From Patescibacteria group bacterium (GTDB lineage: Bacteria; Patescibacteriota; Doudnabacteria; UBA920; O2-02-FULL-48-8), in contig DASUKB010000001.1 in NCBI GenBank assembly GCA_036278915.1, positions 237,186 to 301,185 of the forward strand: a DNA stretch of 64,000 nucleotides. The letters run 5' to 3'. The translations under genes were made by a program, and so were the position numbers. The notes beneath the pieces were generated by a model. The model was given only the letters and a program-made list of their open reading frames with translations. It searched no databases and was not told where the DNA came from. The number at the start of each line of letters is the position of its first letter. The stretch's first letter is position 1. Positions 39,741 through 51,667 of this stretch are shown in pieces.

Positions 39741-40760
39741 ATGCCGACAGCATATTTAATTGGACTTTTGGTAATTTTGGCCGGAGGATTTACTGCGGTG
39801 ATTTTAATGCTGCGCAAATCGCAGGACAAACCGCAGGATTCGGAAGCGCTCAAGGTTATGATGGAGTGGATGAAGGAAATAAAGCAAGAAACGGTAAGCA
39901 GCAAGCAGCGCACAGAAGACAATCTCAAAGACATCAACAAATCAATTAATGAACGGCTGGACAACGCCGGACGTGTAATCTCGCAGCTTACCAAAGAACT
40001 GGGCGGTGTAAGCCAAATTGGGCCGGACATCCGCAAGCTTACCGAAACCTTGAGTTCGCCGAAACTTCGCGGCAACTTTGGCGAAGATGTTTTGCAAACA
40101 TTGCTCACCAATATCTTTCCCAAAGAACTTTGCAAGTTCCAGTACAGGTTCAAAAACGGCGAAATTGTGGACGCCGCGCTCATCATAGGCGAGCTCCTGG
40201 TGCCGATTGACAGCAAGTTCTCAATGGAAAATTACAGGTTGTACAAAGAAGCCAAAACCGACGACACTGCCGCAGACCTCAAGAAATCATTTTTTAAGGA
40301 TGTGAAGAAGCGCGTCGACGAGATCCACAGGAAATACATTTTGCCGCAGGAAGGAACTTTGGACTACGCGTTTATGTTTGTCCCAAGCGAGGGAATTTAT
40401 ATGGAAATTGCCGATGACCAGGACGCGCAAACTTATGCACGTGGTAAAAACGTGGTCATCGTCGGGCCAAACACGCTAAACGTGACCTTGCGCGCGCTTA
40501 TGGTATCGCTACGGGGCCAGCAGATAAGCAAAGCGGCCAAACAGGTACTGGCGGCCATAAACGGTATCAAGCAGGAAAGCGACAAATTTGGTAAAAGTTT
40601 GGACACAATGGCCAATCACGTGAAGAACACCAACAACTCCATGAGCGGCATAGTCGATGCTTACGTCAAACTCAAAAACCAAATTGCCAATGCTGCAAAT
40701 TTAGAACTGGAATCCGAAAAGGAACCGGAGAAATTGACGCAAGCAGATAAGCTTTTGTAA
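39741..40760 (+). CDS. rmuC: DNA recombination protein RmuC
   Basis: N-terminal TM, long coiled coil, and a C-terminal nuclease-like core typical of RmuC. The ATG lies 7 nt after TGGTATAAT, suggesting a leaderless start. Confidence 0.8.
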   Translation: MPTAYLIGLLVILAGGFTAVILMLRKSQDKPQDSEALKVMMEWMKEIKQETVSSKQRTEDNLKDINKSINERLDNAGRVISQLTKELGGVSQIGPDIRKLTETLSSPKLRGNFGEDVLQTLLTNIFPKELCKFQYRFKNGEIVDAALIIGELLVPIDSKFSMENYRLYKEAKTDDTAADLKKSFFKDVKKRVDEIHRKYILPQEGTLDYAFMFVPSEGIYMEIADDQDAQTYARGKNVVIVGPNTLNVTLRALMVSLRGQQISKAAKQVLAAINGIKQESDKFGKSLDTMANHVKNTNNSMSGIVDAYVKLKNQIANAANLELESEKEPEKLTQADKLL

Positions 40761-40881
40761 TTTTATAATATTAATACAAATTCAAAAAAGCCAACGAATG
40801 TGCATTTGAATTTGAGAGGAGCAATCAGTTTAGCAAAGCAGCCGTGAGACACGGATGCGCAGGTGAAACTGATTAGGACGA

Positions 40882-41394
40882 ATGAAAGCGGAGCAAAGAG
40901 TCGGTTTGTTTGTGGACGTGCAGAATTTTTATTATACGGCGCGAAATGTATATAATGCGCGGGTTAATTTTACAAATATTTTGGAGGACGCAGTAGGACA
41001 GCGGCCGCTGGTGCGGGCAATAGCCTACGGCATCAAAGCCGATATGCCGGAGGAACAAACATTCTTTGACGCGCTCAAAAAAGCCGGATTTGAAGTCAAA
41101 CTCAAGGATTTGCAATCATTTTACGGCGGTGCCAAAAAAGGCGATTGGGACGTGGGTATTGTTATGGACATCATCAAGCTTTTGCCGAAACTGGACGTGG
41201 TGGTGCTGGCCTCGGGCGACGGCGACTATATACCGCTTTTGGAATATTTGCAAAATATGGGCGTGAGAGTAGAGCTGGTAAGTTTTGGCAAGTCAACGTC
41301 CAGCAAGATGCGCGAGATAGTGGATTCGTATCTGGATTTGGACACTGACACGCGCAAATACCTGATGCCAATTCGGAATAACAGAAAGCGTTGA
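40882..41394 (+). CDS. NYN-domain (LabA-like PIN-fold) protein
   Basis: VGLFVDVQNFYY...VLASGDGDYIPLLEYLQNMGVRVELVSF. Confidence 0.8.
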   Translation: MKAEQRVGLFVDVQNFYYTARNVYNARVNFTNILEDAVGQRPLVRAIAYGIKADMPEEQTFFDALKKAGFEVKLKDLQSFYGGAKKGDWDVGIVMDIIKLLPKLDVVVLASGDGDYIPLLEYLQNMGVRVELVSFGKSTSSKMREIVDSYLDLDTDTRKYLMPIRNNRKR

Positions 41395-41472
41395 AAAAAA
41401 GTTGCAGGTTGCAGTGTGCAGTTTCCAGAGCTTCAAGAGTGTTTGCATTCCGAAACTACAACCTGATTTTAC

Positions 41473-41549
41473 GCGCTTGTAGCTCAGTGGATTAGAGCGT
41501 TCCCCTCCGAAGGGAAAGGTCGGTGGTTCGAGTCCACCCAAGCGCACCA
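41473..41549 (+). tRNA. tRNA-Arg (CCG)
   Basis: Acceptor GCGCTTG/CAAGCGC-A-CCA, anticodon arm TTCCC-CTCCGAA-GGGAA, T-arm GGTGG-TTCGAGT-CCACC. Confidence 0.85.
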
Positions 41550-41583
41550 GTATATACATGTGTATATACTCAGATATATACGT

Positions 41584-41754
41584 ATGAAAAAACTTAAAGA
41601 TAAGAATCAAAGAAAGCTAATCAGATTGGGAAGCTCTGTGGTTGTAAGCTTGCCAATTGAGCTTTTAACAGAATTGGGTTGGAAAGAGAAACAGAAGGTA
41701 GTGGTAAAAAAAATAAACGGCGCTTTGGTTATCCGTGATTGGAAAAAGCGTTAA
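41584..41754 (+). CDS. small AbrB/MazE-like (SpoVT_AbrB) domain protein
   Basis: KLIRLGSSVVVSLPIELLTELGWKEKQKVVVKKINGALVIRDW. Preceded by the tandem palindromic 8-mers gtatatac-atgt-gtatatac. Confidence 0.45.
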   Translation: MKKLKDKNQRKLIRLGSSVVVSLPIELLTELGWKEKQKVVVKKINGALVIRDWKKR

Positions 41755-41771
41755 TTGTTGTTTCCTAAAGC

Positions 41772-41798
41772 CTTTTTGGGCTTTTTTGTTGTCCACAA
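41772..41798 (+). terminator. intrinsic terminator
   Basis: aaagcctttttgggcttttttg. Confidence 0.7.
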
Positions 41799-41799
41799 T

Positions 41800-42400
41800 T
41801 CATCCACTTATACCCATTGACCGGATCTGGGCCCTGGTATAAACTTGTCTTACCTTGGATGAAACAGGTAGCAGAAAAGGGCGACACTCCCGGAGTCAAC
41901 TTTCCGGTCTAGACAATGGGCAGTATCTGCTGCAGGTGGAATCCTCTCAGGTACCATCCGATTCCGTACCTCCTGAAGGACAGCAGCGGTAGACCACTTT
42001 GGCGAGTTGACTTCTAGGCGGAAACGCTTGGACACATCAATAGCCAACTGGCCGCTCGTGGAGTTGGATGGGGCCTTAAGCAGCTGACCTGCGAAAGGCA
42101 GCACGGCAGAAGGTTGCCGTGGAGATGGTAGTGATACCGTTTCTAGTCGGTTCACAAGACCGGCGCCGACCTGGGGTTCTTCCGGAGTCAGAACGGGAAA
42201 TCTAGCGATTCTAGCGCATGAGTCTGCCGCAAGGTAGTCACAAAAGCGGATTGTCTGCGAAGTTTCCGGACTGCTCCGGAGGAACACAGCGTTCCAAGGA
42301 GGAACATTTAGAGAGGATCCTTTGTGGGTCCACCAGTTTCATTCGTTTTCGAACCGTCGGCGCTGCCTCTCGGTTCTTTTTTTGTCCAAAGAATATCCGC
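41800..42400. other. about 0.6-kb GC-rich (about 55%) block with no credible ORF; candidate structured ncRNA or decayed foreign gene fragment
   Basis: Sharp composition shift. Only Ser/Pro/Arg-rich ORFs are present (41850..42287 minus strand). Many local GC hairpins. Confidence 0.3.
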
Positions 42401-42418
42401 AGGTTATAATAAATTGTC

Positions 42419-45391
42419 ATGAAAGATATTGTAAGCGTTAAATCCAAAGTTCTGGAAGGATTGAATGCCGCCCAGGAGCAGGCTGTGACTTTTGGCGCAG
42501 GCCCATTGCTTATAATTGCCGGCGCGGGTACAGGCAAGACCACTGTTCTTACGCGGCGCATTATGTATCTTATAGAGCAAGGTCTGGCCACGCCGGATGA
42601 AATTTTGGCACTGACTTTCACGGAAAAAGCGGCAGGCGAGATGAACGATCGGCTCGACCTGCTTATGGATTTGGGGTACAAGCACGTGAATATTTCTACT
42701 TTCCACGCGTTCGCCAAGCAAATTTTGGAAGACTACGCGCTGGACATCGGGTTGCCAGGAGATTTTAAGATTTTAAATGACACACAGGCCTGGATTTTGG
42801 TATCCAAACATCTTTCGGAATTTAATCTAAATTATTACAAGCCCTTAGGTAATCCCACTAAATTTATACATGCCCTGCTCAAGCATTTTGAACGCGCCAA
42901 GCGCGAAGGGGTCACACCTGAAAATTATCTTAAATACGCCCAGGAATTGCGGCTGGCAACAGATTCGCCAATTAAGCTTAAGCGCAAAAAAGCTAAACTA
43001 CCCGACGCGCTTGATCCGGAAGAAATCAAGCGGATAGAGGAGATAGCGGAAGCATTCCATAGGTACCAAAAATTGATTTTGGATTTGGGATTCTTGGACT
43101 ATAACGATCTTATCTCGTATACCATCCGACTATTCCGCCAACGGCCGAAAATTTTGGACAAACTTCGCGCGCAGTACAAATACATACTCGTGGATGAATT
43201 TCAGGACACGGATTTGGCCCAGTATGAGTTGGTGAAGCTTCTGGCAGCGCCGAAAAACAACATCACGGTTGTGGGCGACGACGATCAATCCATCTATAAA
43301 TTCCGCGGCGCGTCTGTATCCAACATCATGAAGTTTGAGGAAGACTACCCCAAGCTTTCCAAAATTACTCTTACGGACAATTACCGCAGCGCGCAAAAAA
43401 TTCTGGATTTGTCGTATGATTTCATCCAGCTCAATAATCCGGAACGCCTGGAAACGAAGCTTAAAATTTCCAAGCGTTTGGCTTCACATAAAGAAAGCGT
43501 AGGCGAGATTGCCGTACTTCACGCTGAAAACGCCTATGCTGAAGCAGTGCTGGTCTGCGATAAAATCGAGGAGCTTGTGGCCGAGCAAAATCTCACATAC
43601 AACGATTTTGCGATTCTTGCGCGGGCAAATGACCATGCTGACACATTTTTGGCAGAGCTTTCGAAACGCGGCATGCCTTATATATTCGTGGCCAATCGCG
43701 GATTGTACAAAAAACCATTTATCGTGGACCTAATTTCCTATCTGAAGCTTCTGGATAATTATCACGAAAGCCAGCAGGTGTTCCGCGTTTTGAATTTCCA
43801 AAAATTTCGGCTGCCCACCGAGGATTTGGTTAATGCCACGCATTTGGCCAAAAAGAAAGGCCTTTCCATTTATGAAATCCTCAAAGATCAGCCAGAAGGG
43901 TTGCGTTTGTCAAATGAAGGCAAGCAGCAGGTGCAAAACTTCCTGACGATCCTTGGCAGGCATACCAAACTTGCCGCAGATGCCCACACAACCGCCCTGC
44001 TTTTGACTATCCTTGCCGATCTGGGTATTACCCGGGACTTGGCCGAAAACGGGCATGAACGATCGGAAGACATCGGATTACTCCGCAAATTTTACGGCAA
44101 GGCGCAGGAATTTGAGTCCGAATCAGATGACAAAACACTCAAGGGATTTCTCAATCTCATTGAAACCGAGCAGCAAGCAGGCAGTTCCGGCGAACTTTCC
44201 GCGGATCCGAATGCCGGGCCTGAAGCCGTGAAAGTCTTGACCATTCACGCGGCGAAAGGGCTGGAATTCGCCTGCGTGTTTGTGGTCAATATGGTGGATG
44301 CCAGGTTTCCTTCTCGCGACCGGCGCGAACAAATAGAATTGCCGCAGGCCCTGGCAAATGAAATTTTTTCGGAAGGGGACGTGCACCTTATGGAAGAGCG
44401 GAGGCTTTTTTACGTGGCGGCCACCCGCGCCAAGGACTACCTGTTTCTGACCTGGGCCGACGACTACGGCGGCTCCCGCGCTAAACAGCCGTCTAGATTT
44501 TTGCTGGAAACACACATGGCCGCGCCTCGGGCCAAAACTGAATCCGCGGGCCAAGTGAAATTTACAAAACCGCAGATGCTGCCGCTGCCATCCATCCAAA
44601 AATATCCGATTCCGGAAAGTTTCAGCTGGAGCAGTATTTCCACTTTCCTCAAATGCCCCCTGGAATATAAATATAAATACTTGTATCAGCTGCCGCTGCC
44701 GGGCAATGCGTACGCATCTTTTGGCAGCTCAATCCATAAAGCGATTCAGTTGTTTTCGCAAAACGTCAAACAGCGCGCCAATTTGCGCCAGGGTGATTTA
44801 TTCGCCAAACCGTCGGCTGCGGACGCTTTTGAATACCCGCCGCTTTCTGCATTACACAAATTCTACGAACAGAACTGGATTTCCGACTGGTATCCCAACG
44901 CATCTGAACAGGAAAATTTCAAAAAGCGCGGATATCGGCTTTTGGAAAATTATTATAACCGGCTGACCTCTCAAAAGTTGGTGCCTTGGGAAATCGAAAA
45001 ATTTTTCCGGCTCAAGTTGGGCGCTTATAAATACAATGGCGTCATAGACTGCATCTTTGAAAATGCCAACGGAAGTATTGCGATTGTCGACTATAAGACT
45101 ACATTGCATCCGCGGACGAAACTCGAACGCGTGGACAAAAAACAGCTGCTTTCGTACCAGTTGGCCGCGCAGGAATTCTTTGGCCGCAAAGTCAGCTCGC
45201 TTTGCTACTGGGATTTGGAGGATTTGGCCAACCCAATAGAATTCACAGGCAAACCAGAGGAGATTACCGAGGTCCGTGAAGAGCTCCTGGCTGACATTGA
45301 GCAGATTGTGGAAGCGGTCAACAGTGATTCGTTTGGCGACCTTGACCGGCATAAATCTCATGATTGCCAGTTTCGGAATTTTGAAAATTGA
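42419..45391 (+). CDS. UvrD/PcrA-type superfamily-1 helicase fused to a C-terminal PD-(D/E)XK (RecB/Cas4-like) nuclease domain; AddA-like
   Basis: GAGTGKTT Walker A, VDEFQDTD, helicase motifs through VLTIHAAKGLEF. The C-terminus carries CPLEYKYKYL and ...IDCIF...IVDYKT nuclease motifs. Confidence 0.9.
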   Translation: MKDIVSVKSKVLEGLNAAQEQAVTFGAGPLLIIAGAGTGKTTVLTRRIMYLIEQGLATPDEILALTFTEKAAGEMNDRLDLLMDLGYKHVNISTFHAFAKQILEDYALDIGLPGDFKILNDTQAWILVSKHLSEFNLNYYKPLGNPTKFIHALLKHFERAKREGVTPENYLKYAQELRLATDSPIKLKRKKAKLPDALDPEEIKRIEEIAEAFHRYQKLILDLGFLDYNDLISYTIRLFRQRPKILDKLRAQYKYILVDEFQDTDLAQYELVKLLAAPKNNITVVGDDDQSIYKFRGASVSNIMKFEEDYPKLSKITLTDNYRSAQKILDLSYDFIQLNNPERLETKLKISKRLASHKESVGEIAVLHAENAYAEAVLVCDKIEELVAEQNLTYNDFAILARANDHADTFLAELSKRGMPYIFVANRGLYKKPFIVDLISYLKLLDNYHESQQVFRVLNFQKFRLPTEDLVNATHLAKKKGLSIYEILKDQPEGLRLSNEGKQQVQNFLTILGRHTKLAADAHTTALLLTILADLGITRDLAENGHERSEDIGLLRKFYGKAQEFESESDDKTLKGFLNLIETEQQAGSSGELSADPNAGPEAVKVLTIHAAKGLEFACVFVVNMVDARFPSRDRREQIELPQALANEIFSEGDVHLMEERRLFYVAATRAKDYLFLTWADDYGGSRAKQPSRFLLETHMAAPRAKTESAGQVKFTKPQMLPLPSIQKYPIPESFSWSSISTFLKCPLEYKYKYLYQLPLPGNAYASFGSSIHKAIQLFSQNVKQRANLRQGDLFAKPSAADAFEYPPLSALHKFYEQNWISDWYPNASEQENFKKRGYRLLENYYNRLTSQKLVPWEIEKFFRLKLGAYKYNGVIDCIFENANGSIAIVDYKTTLHPRTKLERVDKKQLLSYQLAAQEFFGRKVSSLCYWDLEDLANPIEFTGKPEEITEVREELLADIEQIVEAVNSDSFGDLDRHKSHDCQFRNFEN

Positions 45392-45430
45392 CCTTTTGGT
45401 GGTATAATTAAACAGCATTGGACGAAACAC

Positions 45431-45799
45431 TTGCTGAAATCAACTATAATTTTACCTATTTTTGCCGCAATCCTGGCCGCAATCTCAGGCGCAGCCCTTG
45501 CGCTTATAGTGCTACAGCTTTCGCCAGACACGACCGGCGGCATCTCGGAATTCTACGGTTCGGTTTTCGTGCTAGCCTGGAGCCTGACATTCCTCATTGG
45601 TTATGGCATTAGAAGAATATTTGGTGTCCCGGAGTTCGCACTCCGGCAGATCCGCACTTCGGCCCGCCAATCATTGTGGTTTGCAATCCTCATCTTTGTG
45701 TTTCTGGCGCTGCTCTCATGGAATCTCTTCAATATCCTAAACATTTCTTTGCTGGTCTTGGCGCTAATTTTTTTGGAAGCTTATTTTTTATTCAAATAA
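45431..45799 (+). CDS. hypothetical 4-TM membrane protein (TTG start)
   Basis: Hydrophobic ORF after a TGGTATAAT promoter. Confidence 0.4.
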   Translation: MLKSTIILPIFAAILAAISGAALALIVLQLSPDTTGGISEFYGSVFVLAWSLTFLIGYGIRRIFGVPEFALRQIRTSARQSLWFAILIFVFLALLSWNLFNILNISLLVLALIFLEAYFLFK

Positions 45800-45814
45800 A
45801 ATTAAATTAATCGC

Positions 45815-46510
45815 ATGAATGAAATCAAACAGCCGGTTTCAAATCAGGAAGTGAATTACCAGGTCATGCCGCATTCAGGGCATTCGGGTATACCCACGCC
45901 GACCGTTCCGAGCCCAGGATCAAGCACCGGGCCTTCAGGCTCCGGCAGCAAAATCGCATATATTATTATTACCGTCGTGGTCTTGTTGCTTTTGGGCGGC
46001 CTGGCATATTATTTCCTATGGGGAGGGTCAGCGCCTTCGCCGTCAACGCCTCCGCCGGTGATCGCAACCAAGCTTTCGCAAAGCTTCCTTTCGCAATACT
46101 TTGCCAAAGATACCTGCGACGACCCGAGCACCTGCGGCGATGACGCGGACCCGGACAGCGATGGACTTACCAACTACCAGGAATTCGTCAACGGCACCAG
46201 CCCAACCCTTTCCGATACGGATTCAGACGGCCTAGCCGATGGTGATGAAATTGACATCTATGGCACGTTGCCGCGCAACAAATATACCGATACCCGCGCC
46301 GATGCCCAGCAGAACGATTTCAACGACGGTTCGTCCATTAAAAACGGTTACGACCCGCTTACGCCCGGAGTCAAGTATACTGACACGAAAATTTCTGCTA
46401 TAAGCCAAAAAATCGCCCAATACGGTTTGCACGCGCCGACCACTACCACTTTGGGCCTCAACCCGGATGGCACGCAAGCGATACCAGCTACCAGACCGAC
46501 CGGACAATAA
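45815..46510 (+). CDS. secreted/anchored protein with thrombospondin-type-3-like calcium-binding repeats
   Basis: DPDSDGLTNYQE and DTDSDGLADGDE DxDxDG motifs; N-terminal TM. Confidence 0.5.
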   Translation: MNEIKQPVSNQEVNYQVMPHSGHSGIPTPTVPSPGSSTGPSGSGSKIAYIIITVVVLLLLGGLAYYFLWGGSAPSPSTPPPVIATKLSQSFLSQYFAKDTCDDPSTCGDDADPDSDGLTNYQEFVNGTSPTLSDTDSDGLADGDEIDIYGTLPRNKYTDTRADAQQNDFNDGSSIKNGYDPLTPGVKYTDTKISAISQKIAQYGLHAPTTTTLGLNPDGTQAIPATRPTGQ

Positions 46511-46532
46511 TTAACCAGAATTTGTAAACGGG

Positions 46533-47276
46533 ATGAATGATGACCTCAGGCGATGGGATGAGGAGGCGGAGCATTGGGCCAAGGATTCTGAATCAAAAAG
46601 GTTGCTGGCTCGAATTTTGATTAATTACGCCCTAACTCAATTTGAGGCGGATTTTAGGAATAAAAAAGTATTGGATGCCGGCTGCGGCGAAGGAACATAC
46701 ACGGAAACCATTCAGAATCTAGGAGCTGAAGTGATCGGTCTGGATGGTTCTCCGAAGATGGTTGAGATTGCCCAAAATCGCCGTCCTAAAATCAATTTTG
46801 TAGTCGGCGATTTATTGGACAGATTGGATTTCCCGGACAAAAACTTTGACACGCTCACGAGTTTAAACGTGCTTATGTCCCTTCCGTCGGTTGATATGTT
46901 TTTATCCGAGGCAAGCCGACTAATTAAATCAGACGGAAGTTTGATAATTTGTGTGTTCCATCCGGCCTTAAATGAGCCTACGACGAAACTTTACAACACA
47001 TGGTGGCGCAGAGTCCGGCGTAAACCGGCGGTGGGAATTGTTTATTCATACTTCTTGCGTACGAATAATCGCAGGGATGATTTCGGCGTTAGGCCTTGGC
47101 CGTTTTATCACCGTACGATAGAAGAATACTCCGCTTATTTTCGCAAACACGGATTTGTAATTGAAACAATTTTTGAACCGCATACGATTCCAGCCGTCGT
47201 CCTGCAAAACCATCCCAAATTAAAATACGCTACCAGAATTCCAAGGTTTATTTTTTTTAAACTTATACAACATTAA
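46533..47276 (+). CDS. class I SAM-dependent methyltransferase
   Basis: VLDAGCGEGTYT motif I. Confidence 0.8.
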   Translation: MNDDLRRWDEEAEHWAKDSESKRLLARILINYALTQFEADFRNKKVLDAGCGEGTYTETIQNLGAEVIGLDGSPKMVEIAQNRRPKINFVVGDLLDRLDFPDKNFDTLTSLNVLMSLPSVDMFLSEASRLIKSDGSLIICVFHPALNEPTTKLYNTWWRRVRRKPAVGIVYSYFLRTNNRRDDFGVRPWPFYHRTIEEYSAYFRKHGFVIETIFEPHTIPAVVLQNHPKLKYATRIPRFIFFKLIQH

Positions 47277-47283
47277 AATCATT

Positions 47284-47688
47284 ATGAATATTTTTTCCTG
47301 GTTTAAAAAGAAATCTTCCAGAACATTTCCCGGCATTATCGTGGCCAAAGTCACTAAAGTGGACAAGCATCCGAACGCGGACCGGTTGCGCGTGGTGGAT
47401 CTTACCGATGGCACGCATAACTTTGCGCCCATAGTATGCGGCGCTTGGAATTTTGAAGTCGGGGCGGTAGTGCCTCTGGCGTTACCCGGGGCCACGATCC
47501 CGCACGACCAGCACGACGCAGAAGGCAAACCGTTTACCCTTGGCAAGGCCACAATTCGCGGGATTGAGTCCCAGGGTATGATTTGTTCAGGCAAAGAACT
47601 GGGTATCTCAACGGACGGGTCAGGGATCATTGTTTTGCCCAATGCCACGCCTTTGGGTGGCACTTTTTCGGCTGATTTGGTAGAATAG
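47284..47688 (+). CDS. stand-alone tRNA-binding domain protein (CsaA/Trbp111/PheT-N-terminal type OB fold)
   Basis: GIIVAKVTKVDKHPNADRLRVVDLTDG...GMICSGKELGI. Confidence 0.8.
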   Translation: MNIFSWFKKKSSRTFPGIIVAKVTKVDKHPNADRLRVVDLTDGTHNFAPIVCGAWNFEVGAVVPLALPGATIPHDQHDAEGKPFTLGKATIRGIESQGMICSGKELGISTDGSGIIVLPNATPLGGTFSADLVE

Positions 47689-47696
47689 CTTGGCTT

Positions 47697-48824
47697 ATGG
47701 ATATAGTTATTGATTCCCAAGAAGAAAAAACCCTAAAGGCTCAATTAGAATCCCGGCATGATGCCGACGCCCAACGCATCAGGCGCTTTTTAAATATGCC
47801 CGACCTGTCCCGCACAGATGGAAATCCCTTGCAGCAGATTGTGTCGCTTGCGTCGGACACTTCCGCGCTCAAAGGTTTTGATGTTATAAAAATTCCAGAA
47901 ATTATCCCCACTGAAATCTTGTTCGATTTATTCAACATGCCGCCTGGCCATCCGGCGCGGAGCCGTTCCGATACTTATTACGTGGATGAAAGTAATGTTT
48001 TGCGCACGCACGATACCGCTTTTTGGTATTATTATCTGAATAATACCAAAATAAAGGAACGCATAATCAAGAAGGACACATTGGGCGCCATCTGCTACGG
48101 CAAGGTTTACCGCAAAGACGAAATAGACCGGCGCCATTTGAATGTCTTCCATCAGTTTGGGGGTTTATACCTAGGACCCGATGACGGCAAACCCATTACT
48201 CCCGATGATTTGAAAAATGCGCTTTCAGAAATTGCGCGCGGTATATTCGGCGATATCAATTTCCGGTTTTATGATCACAATTTTCCCTACACGGACCCAA
48301 GTTTTGAAATGGAAGCCGAAATCAACGGGCAGTGGATAGAAATGCTCGGTTCCGGCATGGCCAGGAAGTCTGTTTTGGCAAACTTCGGCTTGAATGGCTA
48401 TCACGGCTGGGCCTTTGGCTTTGGCTTGGAGCGTCTGGCCATAGCCAGCATGAGCCTGCCGGATATCCGTCTGCTTTGGTCGCAGGATCCGCGCGTGACC
48501 AAACAACTTGTGCTTGGGCATAAATTCGAGGAAGTCAGTAAATTTCCGCCGATTACTAGGGATATATCTTTTGTCGTGGACAAAGATTTTTCACCCAATG
48601 ATTATTTTGATCTCATCCGCGATATAGGCGGCGACTTGGTTGAACAGGTGGAGCTTTTGGATAAATACGAAAACGCGGAAAAGTTTGGAGCAGATAAGAT
48701 AAGCTACACATACCGCGTGGTGTACCGAAGTCTCGAAAGGACTCTTCAAACTTCCGAAGTGGACCCTTTGCAAAATAAACTTTACGAAGAAACCAAAAAA
48801 ATCTACAACGCCCAGTTGAGGTAA
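47697..48824 (+). CDS. pheS: phenylalanine--tRNA ligase, monomeric type: PheS-like class II catalytic core fused to a C-terminal FDX-ACB anticodon-binding domain
   Basis: PGHPARSRSDTYYV...LRTHDTA, GWAFGFGLERLAI (motif 3), then FPPITRDISFVVDKD...YRVVYRSLERTLQTSEVD, which is FDX-ACB-like. Confidence 0.75.
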   Translation: MDIVIDSQEEKTLKAQLESRHDADAQRIRRFLNMPDLSRTDGNPLQQIVSLASDTSALKGFDVIKIPEIIPTEILFDLFNMPPGHPARSRSDTYYVDESNVLRTHDTAFWYYYLNNTKIKERIIKKDTLGAICYGKVYRKDEIDRRHLNVFHQFGGLYLGPDDGKPITPDDLKNALSEIARGIFGDINFRFYDHNFPYTDPSFEMEAEINGQWIEMLGSGMARKSVLANFGLNGYHGWAFGFGLERLAIASMSLPDIRLLWSQDPRVTKQLVLGHKFEEVSKFPPITRDISFVVDKDFSPNDYFDLIRDIGGDLVEQVELLDKYENAEKFGADKISYTYRVVYRSLERTLQTSEVDPLQNKLYEETKKIYNAQLR

Positions 48825-49102
48825 GAGATAATTAGTTCGGGTCCTGTCAGCCTTCACCCTCACCAATTTTATTAGCGAGGGCAGCTGTTTTTTGAGGACA
48901 ACATGCGAGACCTTCCAATGTCGAGCACTTTAGGCCGCCTAAAGCGGCCGTGTCCGAAAAAAAGTCTGTCCGAGCACTAGTTTAAGCCGTTTTTTATCCC
49001 CAAAAAGGCTTTAAAATTTGTCTAAAATTTGCTATAATAAAGGCACCAAATCGGGGCCTAACCACCTCACCCCTCTCTCCTCAACGGAGAGGGGAATTCT
49101 AA

Positions 49103-51166
<2,064 letters not shown>

Positions 51167-51276
51167 CTGTGGATAACTTTTAATCTTAAGTTTCAATTTT
51201 CTAGACAAAAAGAAACACCTGATTTATAATTTGGGTGAAAGCGAAATTCGGAATCGAAACTAAACTCAAAACAGAT

Positions 51277-51666
51277 ATGAAAAAATTGGTCCTTGCTATT
51301 GTTCTCGTGCTGGCGATTGTGCTCTTTGCTGGTATTATCTATCAGAATCTGCACCAAAAAGCCCCGGCTCAGACCACTCAAAATCAGACACCTGAAATTC
51401 CATCCAAAATTTACAGTTTGGAGGGCAATATTAAATCCATCTCCGGCACGTCTGTCACTTTGGATTTGGTGGCAGGCCAGGGCACGCAAACTTTTGTAAT
51501 CCCAGCCGACACTTCTGTTTTGGTGCGCAGCACTTCAAGCAAAGGTGTAACGACTTCTACGCCGGGAAATATAAACCAGCTGGCTGTAGGCTCTCACGTC
51601 GTGCTTTATGCAAACAGCGTGGTAATTCCCGGTACCAAACTTAACGCCGTGGAAATAATCAAATAA
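51277..51666 (+). CDS. hypothetical secreted small beta-rich protein, paralog A
   Basis: Signal/anchor plus ISGTSVTLDL...PADTSVLV pattern shared with the next gene. Confidence 0.4.
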   Translation: MKKLVLAIVLVLAIVLFAGIIYQNLHQKAPAQTTQNQTPEIPSKIYSLEGNIKSISGTSVTLDLVAGQGTQTFVIPADTSVLVRSTSSKGVTTSTPGNINQLAVGSHVVLYANSVVIPGTKLNAVEIIK

Positions 51667-51667
51667 A

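Noticed and set aside
41800-42400. RNase P RNA or tmRNA identity for the GC-rich block
   Set aside because: Hand search found no P4/CR-I/CR-IV sequences and no tmRNA 5' UUCGACGGG or 3' T-arm/CUCCACCA on either strand. It is left as unidentified rather than named.
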